From Tricharina praecox (Eukaryota), in the NCBI RefSeq assembly GCF_024521635.1, contig NW_026250405.1:62001-126000 (forward strand): a stretch of DNA of 64,000 nt. The letters are read 5' to 3'. This document shows positions 51,649 to 63,966 of this stretch, piece by piece (positions within the stretch are counted from its first letter, which is position 1; every line of letters starts with the position of its first letter). The notes under the pieces were generated by a model. That model saw only the letters and a program-made list of their open reading frames with translations. It had not been told where the DNA came from and made no database searches. Position numbers and translations under genes: made by a program.

Positions 51649-52595
51649 ATGAATTCGAAGCTCCTTCTCGCTTTCGTCTTCGCAGCCGTGGCGGCAGCAG
51701 CACCACAAACAACTGCCGTCCCTACTGATGTTCCAGCGTGCAATGTGAGTTTCCCTAGATTAACCTACAATCTAGATTCAACGGATCGATCACGACCACT
51801 AACGAACGACAATTCAGTATGCGTGCATTGATATTGTGGCGTCAGTGACGTCCTGCAGCCTGACCGACGTCAAGTGTCTCTGCGCTGACCTCGAGGGCAA
51901 CCGGCTCGCATGGCAGTGTCTCCTCGGGGTGTGCACCACAGCAGACTTGGCCAGTTCGTTGCCCGCCGCCGGTGCATAGATATAATCACGGTTCCTGACT
52001 TAATCTTCCTCCAGAAACACTGAAGCTCAACGACGACTACTGTGCCGCCAACGGCTACGTATACTCCGACGCGGCGATCGCATACATCACCGGCAGCGCC
52101 TCCTCCGCCGCCTCGCTCCCGACCAGCAGCAGCACTGGCACGGTCACTCGAGCGACCTCCACTGGCAGTAGCGGCGGCAGCAGCGGGATCTCCACCGGCG
52201 CAATCGTCGGCATCGCGATCGGCGCGGCGGTGATCGTAATTGCGATCGCAATCGGCGCGTTCCTTGTCATGCGACGCCGCCGCCGCCGTCCCACAGCCGT
52301 CGTCGTCGCACGTCCTCCGAACGCGAACGCACAGTACCCGTCGAAACCGGGAATGGTCCAGCAACAGGTGCAGCAGAATCCTATGTACCAGGGCGCACAA
52401 CAACAAAACACGCCTATGTACCAGGGCACACAGCAACAACAAAACCCAGCACAGTTCTACACACCGACAACGTCGCCGCCACCACAGCAGCAGAATTACA
52501 CTCCTGCGCCGGTGTACGAGCTGGATCCTGGCGCCGCAACGACAGGGTCGCACGAGGTGGCTGGCGACAGCCAGTGGCAAAAAGGGAAGAAATAA
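51649..52595 (+). CDS. CFEM-domain type-I membrane protein with Gln/Pro-rich cytoplasmic tail
   Basis: Signal peptide; introns 51745-51817 and 51954-52014 give C-x3-C-x9-C-x6-C-x-C-x11-C-x4-C-x15-C; Ser/Thr stalk, GAIVGIAIG TM, RRRRRR, PVYEL motif. Confidence 0.8.
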
Positions 52596-53576
52596 GGGGG
52601 ATCACAAATAACGGGAGGAAGCAAGGGGATCAGGGGGGAAGGGGAAGGAAGTAGGAGGAGAAATCACCACACGTATGCATGCATAGGTATGATGGGACGA
52701 GCATTTGAGGTATCTACGATATTCGGACTGGACTGCGGGAAAGCTGGACTGGACTGGGCGGTGCCAACCAGCTGGCAGAATGTACACGAAACGGCGGCGT
52801 TGGTGCTGTATAATTCATCATGAACTATTAATCAGAGAAAGAATTTATGCAGGAGTAACAAGGTTTAATTCACTTCACTTCACTTCGCTTTTCGGCCGGC
52901 TACCTACTCTACTCTGCGGTACGTCTTGGTTCGCCTTCACCGGAAGTCCACGGATCTTGGAGTTAACTAACCCCCACGCGCAGCGTGCATATGCTATATT
53001 TACTCACACCATATGTACACATGGAGCTCGTAAATTAAGTACTACACAGCCATCCAGCCATCCAGCCATCCAGCCACCATGCGCACGGCAGAATACTGCT
53101 GCACTTTTGATTCATCCCTTTCAGTGTCTGAGTATGTAGAGTAGCGAAACTGCCCCCGCCCCCTCCCCTGATGCAGGCTGTGAGGACAGGGCATGCACAG
53201 GGGGGTTTGGCAAGCCTGTAAGCCGGAAGGGCGCATGGAGAAACGTTAAAAACTTAAAGTGCGAATGTGCGAATGGAACTTGGAAGAACTTGTATTATTT
53301 TTTCGTTGCTCTTATGTATGACTTGTCCTGCGCGGCGCGGATCTGAGAGATGAAATGCGAACCAGCGAAACATCGAACCATCATCGTCCCGCTAACTCAG
53401 CTGCTGTCTTGTCTCCAACTCCAAAGTTCAAATACAGTACTGGGTACCTCAAATGCTCGTCAACGATATGCACCTGCTGATTTCTCCTCTTACTTCTGCT
53501 TCTTCCCCCGCCTTGGTCCTTGCCTCCCCCTACATAATAATCTCTTCCTCTTGTCTCTTATTCCCCCCCCCCCCCC

Positions 53577-54602
53577 CTATTTCTTCCCCTGTTCCCACGC
53601 ATTATCACCAGCCCCCGTCGGCGTAACACCCGAGCCCATCTCATACACCGGCGAATTAGCGTACGTCTGCTGGTGCTGCTGCTGCGGCGGTAGCGGGGAC
53701 ATCTGCTGCTGCGGCGGCCCCATGTGCTGTTGCTGCTGTAGGGGCACTGCCACCGCCTGTGTATGCTGCGGCGGCATCTGCATCTGCGGTGGCATCTGAT
53801 GCTGCTGATACACCGGGTCCTGCTGCTGCGGCACCTGTTGCACCTGCTGGAGCATCGCCGGTTTCGCGGGCCCGGGGTACTGCGGGTTTGCGTGCGCAGG
53901 ACCGGAGGCGGAGGCGGCAGCGCCAGTTGCGGGGCGCCGGCGCCGCAGCACAAGGAACGCCCCGATCGCGAAAGCGACGATTATCACCGCGGCGGTGAGA
54001 GCGATGCCGATTATTGCGCCGGTGGAAATGCCCCCGCTGCCCGAGGATGATGGTGATGATGGTGTTGCGGCAGTGTTGGAAGTGGCGGTGGCGGTGGGCA
54101 GTGCGCTGGTCCGAGTGAGACCGCCGGTGATGTAGGCTACGGCCGAGTCCGTTATTGCCTGGCCTTTTAGATTGCAGAAGGCTATGTCGATATTCAGGGC
54201 CTCTAAAGTTCACGTCACGTCAGAAGCTGTAGTTTCTGTATCTCCATCTGCATCGGCAGGAGGTACGCAGCGGCGGAGGCAGGGCGGAGGGTGACGAACT
54301 GTTGAAGTCCGCTGTGCTGCAGGCGTTGGCGATGCACTGGTAGGTAAAGCGGAGGGCCTCGAGATCAGCGCACTGGCACTTGATGTCGTTTATGCCGCAG
54401 GCCGTCACTGACATCATTGTGTTGATGCATGCGTACTGTCCAGGCGCCGTTGAGTTGTCAATCATCGCGATTCGCCATAGGTGGATCTGGTGGAACTCAC
54501 GGCGCACCCCGGAAAGTCCGTAGCGGCTGTTGTGGCCTGTGGCACTGCCACTGCCACGGCTGCGAAGACGAAGACGAACGCGAGAAGGAACTCCGGATTC
54601 AT
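53577..54602 (-). CDS. CFEM-domain type-I membrane protein, inverted paralog of 51649-52595
   Basis: MNPEFLLAFVF.., PGCA|YACINTMMSVTACGINDIKCQCADLE..QCIANAC, same two intron positions, ISTGAIIGIA TM, PVYEM. Confidence 0.8.
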
Positions 54603-55557
54603 GATCACGAGCTTCGATGGGTCGTTACTCGATGGTTGATGAAGCGGTTGACTGCAGGTGACGGGGGGCCAGGGGGTACAGCATCCTCTTATAGAGTACG
54701 AGCGGGGTGTCTGCCAGCCTGCTGTCACCGAGTCGAGCAGCTGCTTCAGCTGGTGCGGCTGATGGTTTGACTGACTCCTCGTTCCTGCAGGCGATACTTA
54801 GTGCGGATGCGATGGTTGTGGCTTTTCTTTTTGCAAATCGCATCGAGGCTCACTCGGGTGATGGCACATGCATGCGATGATTAAATAAAAATGAAGGATT
54901 ATGGAGAAGTTGAGGTTCTATTCAACTTCGAAGAGTCATCGAATATACGTTCAGTGCCACCCGATCCGGCTAGCCCCCTCCTCCGGTCTTATCTGATTCC
55001 CTATCTATCCTACATATCGCTCCTCATGGTGGTGACAGACAACAGGCAGTCTCGCGTCATGTACCCTTTTCCAAGATCCCTCATTGCTCCGCTAACGCTC
55101 CACGATAACTGATTGTTTCCCAGCCATGAACCCCGACAACTACTCTATTCTTTTGACACGTGATTTACTTATTCCAAGCCAGCACTCGGTATTGGCTAGG
55201 AGTCAGCGGGACTTGGAAAGGGGCTGGATCAGGCGCCCCTAGAATGAATGGGAAAGTGCGGACCGAGGACAGACAATTGGACTGCACGTTCGATTAGCGA
55301 GAGCGAATAATCACTGCTACCCGCCATTGAGATGATTGATCCGGTCACTCGAGAGCAGCATGTTTGAAAGACACGTCAACGAGCACTACGCTTCACGCTT
55401 TACTTTCGCACGCACGACCACAATTCACGGGCCTTCCATTCTTGGTGATTTCATTCATGGAACTTTCGAAAGCTACTGTACAGGTTGCGGGTATCAAACC
55501 AACAACCAAAGACCCAATAAGAACAACAAAATATTCCTGACAGACGATTTGATTTCA

Positions 55558-56316
55558 TTACTTTTTCTCCTCGGTCCTCGATCCACCGCCAAGGCCCGCA
55601 AGCAGGCCGCTCAGCCCGCTGCTTCCTCCGCTACCTCCGCCGAGACCACTCTGCCCACTCAGCCCGCCGAGGCCACCGCTTCCACTACTTCCGCCGAGAC
55701 CGCTCAGCCCGCCCAGGCCGCCAGTTCCTCCACTTCCTCCCCCGACGCCGCTCAAGCCGCCTAAACCTCCGGTCCCTCCACTACCACTGCTGAGACCACT
55801 CAGCCCACCGAGGCCGCCGCTTCCAGTACTTCCGCCGAGGCCACTTAGGCCGCCCAGACCCCCGGTTCCTCCACTACCACTGCCGAGGCCACTCAGTCCG
55901 CCCAGGCCACCGGTTCCTCCATTCCCTCCGCCGAGGCCGCTCAGCCCGCCCAAGCCGCTGTTCCCTCCACCCAGTCCGCCGAGGCCACCAAGCCCACCAG
56001 TGCTACCAGCAGCACCAGAGATAGCCGGCGGTAAAGTCGCCGGAGGAGTGTCAGGAGTAGCCGGGGTGCCCGAAGTGGTTGGAGGAATCATCGGAGCCGT
56101 AGTACTAGTAGCTGCTACGGCTGCAGGATCAGTTAGCCACATTCATATGAAAGACGCCAGATGGATGGGTATCGCCTGCGGAGGGGGGATGCCCGAAGAG
56201 CATCCGGGGGGAGCAGGTGTAGTACCGGTTCCGTGATCGTGCTGCGGGGCCGCAATCGGGATGGCCACGGTGAGGCCGAAAAGGAACGCCGTGGCGAAGA
56301 GGTGCGAGAGCTGCAT
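55558..56316 (-). CDS. Secreted Gly/Leu/Ser-repeat protein
   Basis: Signal peptide MQLSHLFATAFLFGLTVA; intron ~56225-56121 (GTACTA..GCTAAC..CAG) joins to ~9 GGLGGLSGLG-type repeats; TATA-like tatataa ~150 nt upstream. Confidence 0.75.
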
Positions 56317-58274
56317 CGTGAAGGGTGTGAAGATGTACTGTCTGAATGGAAGATGCAACCAGGCGCAGAAGTGAATGGATGGATGGGGGGGGCTGTGAAG
56401 GACTGGGCGGATGTGCTGATGATGGAGAAAGAATATGCTCAGTCGAGGGGAGTGAGAAGGTGTTATATACGGATTTCTGCCCAGTGTATAGGTGCTGGGC
56501 TTCGGAATTTGATTCTGGTTCTTATCCACAGATTGGACCGGCTAACTGATCGGCTTCAGGTTTACCACTTCCTTCCCTTCAGCCTCCAGCTCCAGCTCCA
56601 TAGCGATGGATGTTGGTGGCCGAAGCTCGGTATCGGTGCGGAGCACATCACCAATCCCGCCATGGTGTTGCGGGATGATTAATATCACCTTGCAATTAAC
56701 TCACATGCGCTCTACACCCAGCACCAGTCTTTGCAAACAATACCTACGATCGCCAACCTTTATTTAATTAGGCATAAATCCGAAACCCGGCAAATCGGTT
56801 CGGAAACCTTCACTCATCGTGTGATGCATCATGATCGCCTCGCCTTAATTTTCCCCACCCTAATTTTCCCCAGCTTAACGGGAACAACCGAGGCATGGCC
56901 AGAAAGCTTGGTTATCTACGCGAGAGGTTAAGTGGATCACCTAACTGCTAGTAGTTATGCAATCAATGTTTAACTGTCCCCGGTGGTTGTAACTAGTATC
57001 CCGTGACTTGGCGCCGAGGGCGTGAGTGATGAGCTTGAACACACCGCGGCTGGACGAGGCCGAAACGTTACATGTTGATTCCGTCCGAGCTCGGCGGCGG
57101 CAACGGACACGGCATGAGAACAAGCTCGGCTTAGTTCCGACAGTCCTATTCCACACAGCAGGAGCGAGCGCCGAGCGGCCGGCTACGGCCTACGGGGCTA
57201 CGGACTTCGGCTTTTGACGTTTCGGATTTGTGCCCATTCTCCATTACCCAGAGTCCAGTCGATCGTATGTAGTATTTTAGCTCAATTCCGTGCACAACCT
57301 CCGGTACAATACACAACATTTGCGAAACGCCAAGTGTCGAGCGCTTTCGCACTTTATAGCCGATCACGTGAGACATCCGTAAATTAGGTACCATCTTTTT
57401 ACGACATATCATGGTTTATCTTTCAGCCAAGTTAGCTCACACAAAACAGAGACGGGTCGGCTTCATGTCGACCTATTGCCCCGGCACCTGTCTAGTATTA
57501 CTTTGGTAACACTGAATGGTGCACTTGGCTTTTGCAAACTCCGCGGTTCGATTTGTAACGCGGATTTGTTCTTTTTCACTTTTGCCGCGACGGTGATAAG
57601 TCTGGTCATGTAATGTGGGCTTAGGCGTAATTCTTTGTTAGTTATGTGCTGCGATAGTCGTTCTCGCTGGTAGCTGGCCATCGAAATATCACCGGCCTGG
57701 GTGGCTGGAATCTGGGTTGGTGGAAGCCAGATGTCACAGGTTGAAGAGTAAATACCTCGAGATTATGTATGCCCACTCAAGATATTTCGACCGCTGCTGC
57801 CAAGTACATATGTTGAAACTTGAAGTTTGACAGACACCGCAGCATAAAAGTTAAATCCGAAACGCCATAGATATCCCTGGATCCTCGATTCCTCGGTCCC
57901 GAGCTCCACGTTATCGGAGAGTCGGTCGGAGTTACTCTACGGACGGGTTATCGTCCATCGCATTGTGGAGTAAGGGGACGAGCGAGTCAATAAAACTACA
58001 GCGTGGCGGAAATAGTTTCCCCGGTGGTTGAAGACCTAGATCCTGGGTCATTTGCAAGTTTAGTTAGCACAGAGTACGGCTGATTTGTACTCTTAATTCA
58101 GGCTTCTGCATGTAAATCGGCTTCTTTTCATCATATGATAGCATACAATTTGCAAAATTTATTTGGGCGAAGCTAGGTCAGTAGGCGTTTGGTAGTAATT
58201 GGATTCTCGCCTCCACAGCCGGCCGGCAGCGTATGGTGTGTCACGTGATGCAACCGAGTGATATCTCACTAGTG

Positions 58275-58437
58275 CTCCCTTCGTCACGCCAAAAACAGAA
58301 ACAAAAACCATCCCCACCCCGTCGGGAGGCTTAAAACCCCAAGAGCTGATTCTGAAGGTCCTTCACCCGGGTTGAACCCAGAAAATTCTCACCTCCCCTC
58401 GCCGATTGCATAGCCTTGACCCCTAGACCATGCAGGG
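58275..58437 (-). mobile_element. tRNA-derived SINE-like/Pol III element, copy B (with tRNA-like head)
   Basis: Minus strand reads CCCTGCA-TGGTCTAGGGG (A-box)...CTGGGTTCAACCCGG (B-box)-GTGAAGGA, a ~50-nt body and TTTTT; the body is shared with 11712-11828. Confidence 0.6.
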
Positions 58438-58571
58438 GGTTTTTCCGTGACAGAAGAAGCATTCCGCAGCCTATAAACTGGTGATGACGACGACGCCGAC
58501 GGGCAACAGACAAGATGCCACCACTATGGTGCTCTGCGCACTGACCGTCATCGTAATCAAAGAGCATATTC

Positions 58572-60888
58572 CTAACTCAGACTAACAACCACATAATCCC
58601 CCTTCTCCGCCAGCACATCCCACTCCAGCTCCTCTCTCCTCTTTTCTCCTGGCTCGATTCTAACCCTCCACTCGATCTGACCGCCTTCCCTCAACATACA
58701 GCTGCCATTTACCCCCTCCCAGAACCCTGCGAAGCTCTTCGGTTTCTTGATGGTCAGTTCCATCCTCACCGGCATCCCTTCCCGATCTATAATCGAGATT
58801 TGATCTCGAACAATGAGCTCGACAGTCTGTGAACGACGATTCTTGACTTCCCAGGCGCGTGCGTACGTGATTGTTTCATCTTTTGAAAATAAGCCCTTGA
58901 CTTCACTCTTTCTACTTGGAGTATCGTAAAAGACATCTAGCGTTTCGTCGACACCGAGTGGTACGCTGATTGTGCCTGCATCATCTGGCTGAGGGATAAC
59001 AATGCGGCCGACAAACGCGCCGTCGACATTGAGTCCAGCATTGCAATTCTTGGGTAGTACTGGGGCGTCGATGGGGAGCTTGAAGGCTGCTGTAAGGTAG
59101 GCTGCTAACCGCAGCTTAGGGATAGCCGTGTACAGAAGCCCCATATCTTCGAGTGCAGTTTCGGCTACGAGGAAGTGGAGTGGCGTGGAAGACGAGGATA
59201 TAGTCTTCAGGCCGGGAAGGGCGAATGTAGTGGTGATTCCGTAGGTCTCTGAGACGGATGTAGCCATCGACATTTTCTCGCCAGGTTGATAGGGTAGTGC
59301 TGGAGCGACGGTCTCGGGTGTGTTGGCGTAGCGGTCGCCAATGGAGGCGGCTGGGGGTGGCTGAGTAGAACCGAATAATGAGCCGGCGGTAGGAGGAGTG
59401 GCGGAATGCTGCTGACCAAATGCGGGCGCTCCACCACCAAACAGATCACCACCACTTGATGCGGGCGCTCCACCTCCAAACAGGCCACCACTTGTAGGGG
59501 CCGTTCCACCTCCAAACAGGCCACCACTTGTTGGGGCCGTTCCACCACCAAACAGACCACCACTTGTTGGGGCCGTTCCACCAAAACCACTTGTTGCCGG
59601 CTTCTGGCCAAACGCATTTCTAACCCCAGGCCCAGATGGAAGGATACCAAAAGCTGGTTGCATAAAAGCTGGCTGCTCGGGTACGTGCTTCGACTGACGA
59701 TGCGCCCACTCGCTCCGGGAATACTGGTCGGTTTCGTGGTGGTAGGAAGTTCCAAGGCCAATTTTCCACTGCGAGAGCTGGGGGATGTGTTCGGAAAACA
59801 GTGAGTATTTAGTCCGCACGGTCGATAGCGTCACCTTGGCGTCTCTCCATGTCTCTCCAGAGTTGTTGAATGTTGCTGCACGGAAGCTGAGCGTACCGGT
59901 CCGGGCAATGGTGTCGATACGGAGGTCATGCCTGGACTCCCATCTGGCGTTCGAAATCACATAGGAAACCCTCAAGCTGGGTCCGGTGGCGTCTTTCGGG
60001 CCAGCATCATCGCCCAGGTGCTCCAGCTTTCCAGTGTTGACCTTTACCTCGACCGATGGCGCATCCAGTGGTAGATTTTCCGCTTCCACAGTAACTCTGA
60101 GACGATAGTAGGGATATAGTATGTTCTCGGTCTTCTTGGATCCAGATGGAACCTCCTGCCTGGCGTGTTTCATTTTTTGTTGCTTCTGAAGACGTTTCTG
60201 AAGCTTGGTTTTCTTCTTTTCCAGCTTTTTCGTCTTCAATGGAATCTCCCTAGCTTGCTTCCGCACCAGTTCATGCAGGACTCCCGTCTCTTCTCTGGTA
60301 TTGGCATATGTTTGGAGGAATTTGACGACATCGTCCAGCTTTGTTGGCTCCACCTTGATACCCTCGGTCTGAGGAACAGGTTCAACAATTCTGCGTCCGT
60401 ACAGCTCCAGAGCCACGAGTTTCTTGAGTGAGGTTTGTAGCTTCCAGTCAAGGGCTTCCCGGTCATCGTCCAACTTTGCATACTCCTCATCAATGGCCCG
60501 TATAGCTCTATGGTCTTCCGAATCGGTGTCTGAATCGGTGTCCGCGTCCGCGTCAGTATCCTCTGACGGAGTTTCTGCGGGGGGGGCGGAAGAAACGAGC
60601 TCGATGCTCCTGTCGGTAATCGTCGCTCTAATTCCATGGCCTTCAACATGGAAAGACGGCCCCTGAGCATTCCCCGAGAAGTGGTTGATCGTGTATTCGT
60701 TGAGTCCGGGCTGATCGAGTTTCGTCTTGTAAGTAGCTGTTTCGCTTTTGGAGAGGATTCAGAGGGGAGCTTACCTTTACGACTACTCCAGCGATGTCAC
60801 GGACGATGGCCGCAGAGGATGAGTACACCATCACACTGCGAGTTTTTCCGCCGAGGATAGATAATTGTTGCTTGTGTATAGTGGCCAT
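58572..60888 (-). CDS. DUF4140/DUF4139 (mucoidy inhibitor MuiA-like) protein with GGLFG repeat insert
   Basis: TRSVMVYSSSAAIVRDI; intron 60774-60711; LRVSYVISNARW, NNSGETWRDAKVTLST, AIPKLRLAAYLTA, VPLGVDE, LIVRDQI motifs. Confidence 0.8.
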
Positions 60889-61799
60889 GGGTGGGAGAGT
60901 ATTGGTAGAGAATGGGAGAGTATTGGCAGAGAATGGAAGAGAGATGGTAGATGCAGGGGTAGAAGGGAGTTCGAGAATCGCTGCGGCAATGTAGCTCTTA
61001 TCAACCCTCCAATGCGTGACACAGGCCGTGTTGAGTCACGTACACATAGACTGACGAACACTGAAGCCATGAACCTTCAGAAGATGAGGCGCAGCTTCTG
61101 CACTTCGCCTAACTCTCGGAAACTGTGGGGGTTCGGTCGCCTAACGGTGTTCGTTTTTGGCCATCTCGGAAGTGGGGACCGGAAACAGCACCAATCCCAG
61201 AACTATTATTGGTCTGCCTATCCCGTTCGAGTTAGCCATAATAGAGCTCCCTCGCCCATTCGAAGTTTACTCACTTCTTCGCTATCAGTATTTCCTTACC
61301 GCGAATTCCGCAGAAGCTTACGGTCACCAGGCTCCAAGGCTCCGACTCCAGTTACTGCTCTGCTCTCAGTCTTACTAACTCACTGCTTGAGAGAAACCGA
61401 TCGGCTTCGATCGCGCAGCCTCCTTGCTCAGACGTCTTACTCGCATAGCCATTGATACAGAAATCAACCATACTCCACGCGAGATGTGCGATGCTATTCT
61501 AGAGTAGAGCTGCTTGATTTGTCTCCTATGAATTCCTCACCCGCTGTTCGACGGTCCTCTCAGAGTCAGTCTAGTTACCCCCCAATGTCGAATGACATCA
61601 GCGGATCACGTGGTACAAGTTACCCGGTCTTACTCGCCACCTGCATTAACTAGCTCGCCCTAGCTCTCCTGCGTCGTCGTCGTGTGCATGTCCCGATTGA
61701 TCGATCCTTATCGAACAAGCCAACGAACCAACCAGACCCAGCCCCTCTCTCGAACAGAACTTCAGTCCCCACCTTGCCGTTAATCTTATCATCATCGCA

Positions 61800-62975
61800 A
61801 TGGTTCGACAGCGGGCGCCCTCCGGTGCCTCCACATCCTCTTCCCATTCCGCAGATGCCGATCAAGTACCGTCCCTCGTGCCTTCGGTTCCCGAGCCCGC
61901 CCAGCTGATTAGCAGTCCGGACCGCAGGAGCTCGGCTCCATGTACGACTACCTCGCAAAGATAATACTTCTCGGTCCGTCAGGCTGTGGAAAGTACTTGG
62001 CCCCTACCTTCAGCATGTCAAGCTGAACTCTGAGCCCTACCCAGAAGCTGGAAACGAGGAACTCAACGCCCGCTGACGTTTCTTTCTCGGATCACTCTCT
62101 AGATCCTGTCTTCTCCACCGCTTTGTGCGCAGCGAATGTCCGTACCAAACACCCACCTCGCCCCGCTTCTTCAGGATTCCCGGCGCTAACTTGCGTCGCA
62201 CCGGAAAACAGGGCGCATCCTCTCCTCGCAAACGATCGGCGTCGAATTCTCGTCAAAGATAATCAAAGTCGGCACCGGTGCACGACGAAAGCGGGTCAAG
62301 CTTCAGCTATGGGACACCGCGGGACAAGAGCGCTTCCGTTCCGTGACGCGCAGCTACTACCGGGGCGCTGCGGGAGCCCTCCTAATCTACGACATCACCT
62401 CGCACCCATCCTTCACTTCTCTGCCCACTTTCCTTTCCGACGCACGCGCCCTCGCAAGCCCGAATCTCACGCTCATACTCGTCGGGAATAAATGCGACTT
62501 ATCGGTGCCGCCGACTTCGCGGCGACCACCGCCAAGTAGTTCCGGTGGCAGCTCGCTCAGCACTACGCCGACACGATTCGCAGATGATACCTCGCGCGCG
62601 TGGGAAAGCGAGCTCGAGGACGACGAGGAGGAGGATGAGGCACCGGCAAGGGCCGTGTCCGCTCAGGAGGCGGCGCGGTGGGCTAGTCTCAGTGGTATTC
62701 CCGTCAGTATGGAGACTTCGGCGCTCAATGGTGATAATGTGGATGAGGTGTTTGCGAGGATCGCGCGGATGATTGTCACCAAGATTGAACTCGGTGAGGT
62801 CGATCCGGATGATCCGAGCAGTGGCATACAGTACGGTGACTCTGGCGGTTGGATTGAGGCTAGTAGTGCGAGCAGCAGACGCCCGGGCACCGGGAGTGGA
62901 TGGAAGAGTGGGTTGAGGGAATGGGAGAGTGTGTTCAGGAGGGATGCGGCGAGGAGGGGTGGTGGATGCTGCTGA
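61800..62975 (+). CDS. RAB4: Rab4-like (Ypt4) small GTPase
   Basis: [80 protein letters not shown]-terminal CC; three introns. Confidence 0.88.
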
Positions 62976-63669
62976 TGTTACGACGATGGTGGTAATAGAG
63001 TACAGTACCTGGGGGACATTATTTGAGCGGCTGTTTTGATGCAATGTTTATCCTCTTTTATCATGCTTATTTATACTTGCTTTCATAGACATGTTGTGCT
63101 GGTTTTTCTAGCCTGCTTTCAAGTTTCTTTTGATTTAGGACCCGAGCTGTGGGGGTCATCGGTTGCTGTGGAGTTGTCGAAGCTGGAGTGAGGGAGTTTG
63201 TTTCTGGTTGGGCTTGTACTGGCGGGAATGCGCCGCAGAGAGAGACGGAGGATTTAATCGTAATAGATTATGATTGAAGATCTGCCTTTGCTCGGGTACC
63301 TATGCCGAGTGACGGTGTGTGGACAAACTGCCCCAGCACTTTACGTTCAACACGTGGTTTCTGCCGCTCTTTTCATTCCAGCTGCATTTGGAATACCACC
63401 TGGCAAGCAGGGCCATACCCGTCCCCACCCAATACCCGGCCGCTGGAGGCTGGAGGCTGGAACAGGAAGCGATGCATGTGCTGTACTACTGTACAAAGGA
63501 GCTATGCATCCGGCGGATCAAATGTAGCACCGGGTCGGTATGTACACGGATTGTTGCAGACTTACAGCAAAGCGGGCGACGGTGATCATTGATATTCACG
63601 AGTACCTACAGGTATGTAGTGCAGGGAGAATGCCCAGAAAACTTCGTGAGCGGGTTACGGGTAGGTAGG

Positions 63670-63966
63670 TCAAATCCCGATTATAGATCTGGAGTGAGGA
63701 TGAAACTGACCATCAAGAAACCGAAGAGCTTCGCGGGGTTCTGGGAGGGGGTAAATGGCGGCTGCATGTTGAGGGAAGACGGTCAGGTCGAGTGGAGGGT
63801 TGGAATCGAGCCAGGAGAAAAGAGGAGAGAGGAGCTGGAGTGGGATGTGCTGGCGGAGAAGGGGGATTATGTGGTTGTTAGTCTGAGTTAGGAATATGCT
63901 CTTTGATTACAATGACGGTCAGTGCGCAGAACACCATAGTGGTGGCATCTTGTTTGTTGCCCGTCG
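63670..63966 (+). pseudogene. Inverted duplicate of the 3' end and 3' flank of the DUF4139 gene
   Basis: Near-identical to the reverse complement of 58497-58803 (LTIKKPKSFAGFWEG...YVVVSLS*). Confidence 0.9.

Noticed and set aside
44450..61615. CACGTG E-boxes near OLA1, 57.4 kb, 58.2 kb and Rab4
   Set aside because: Too short and sparse to support a regulatory call
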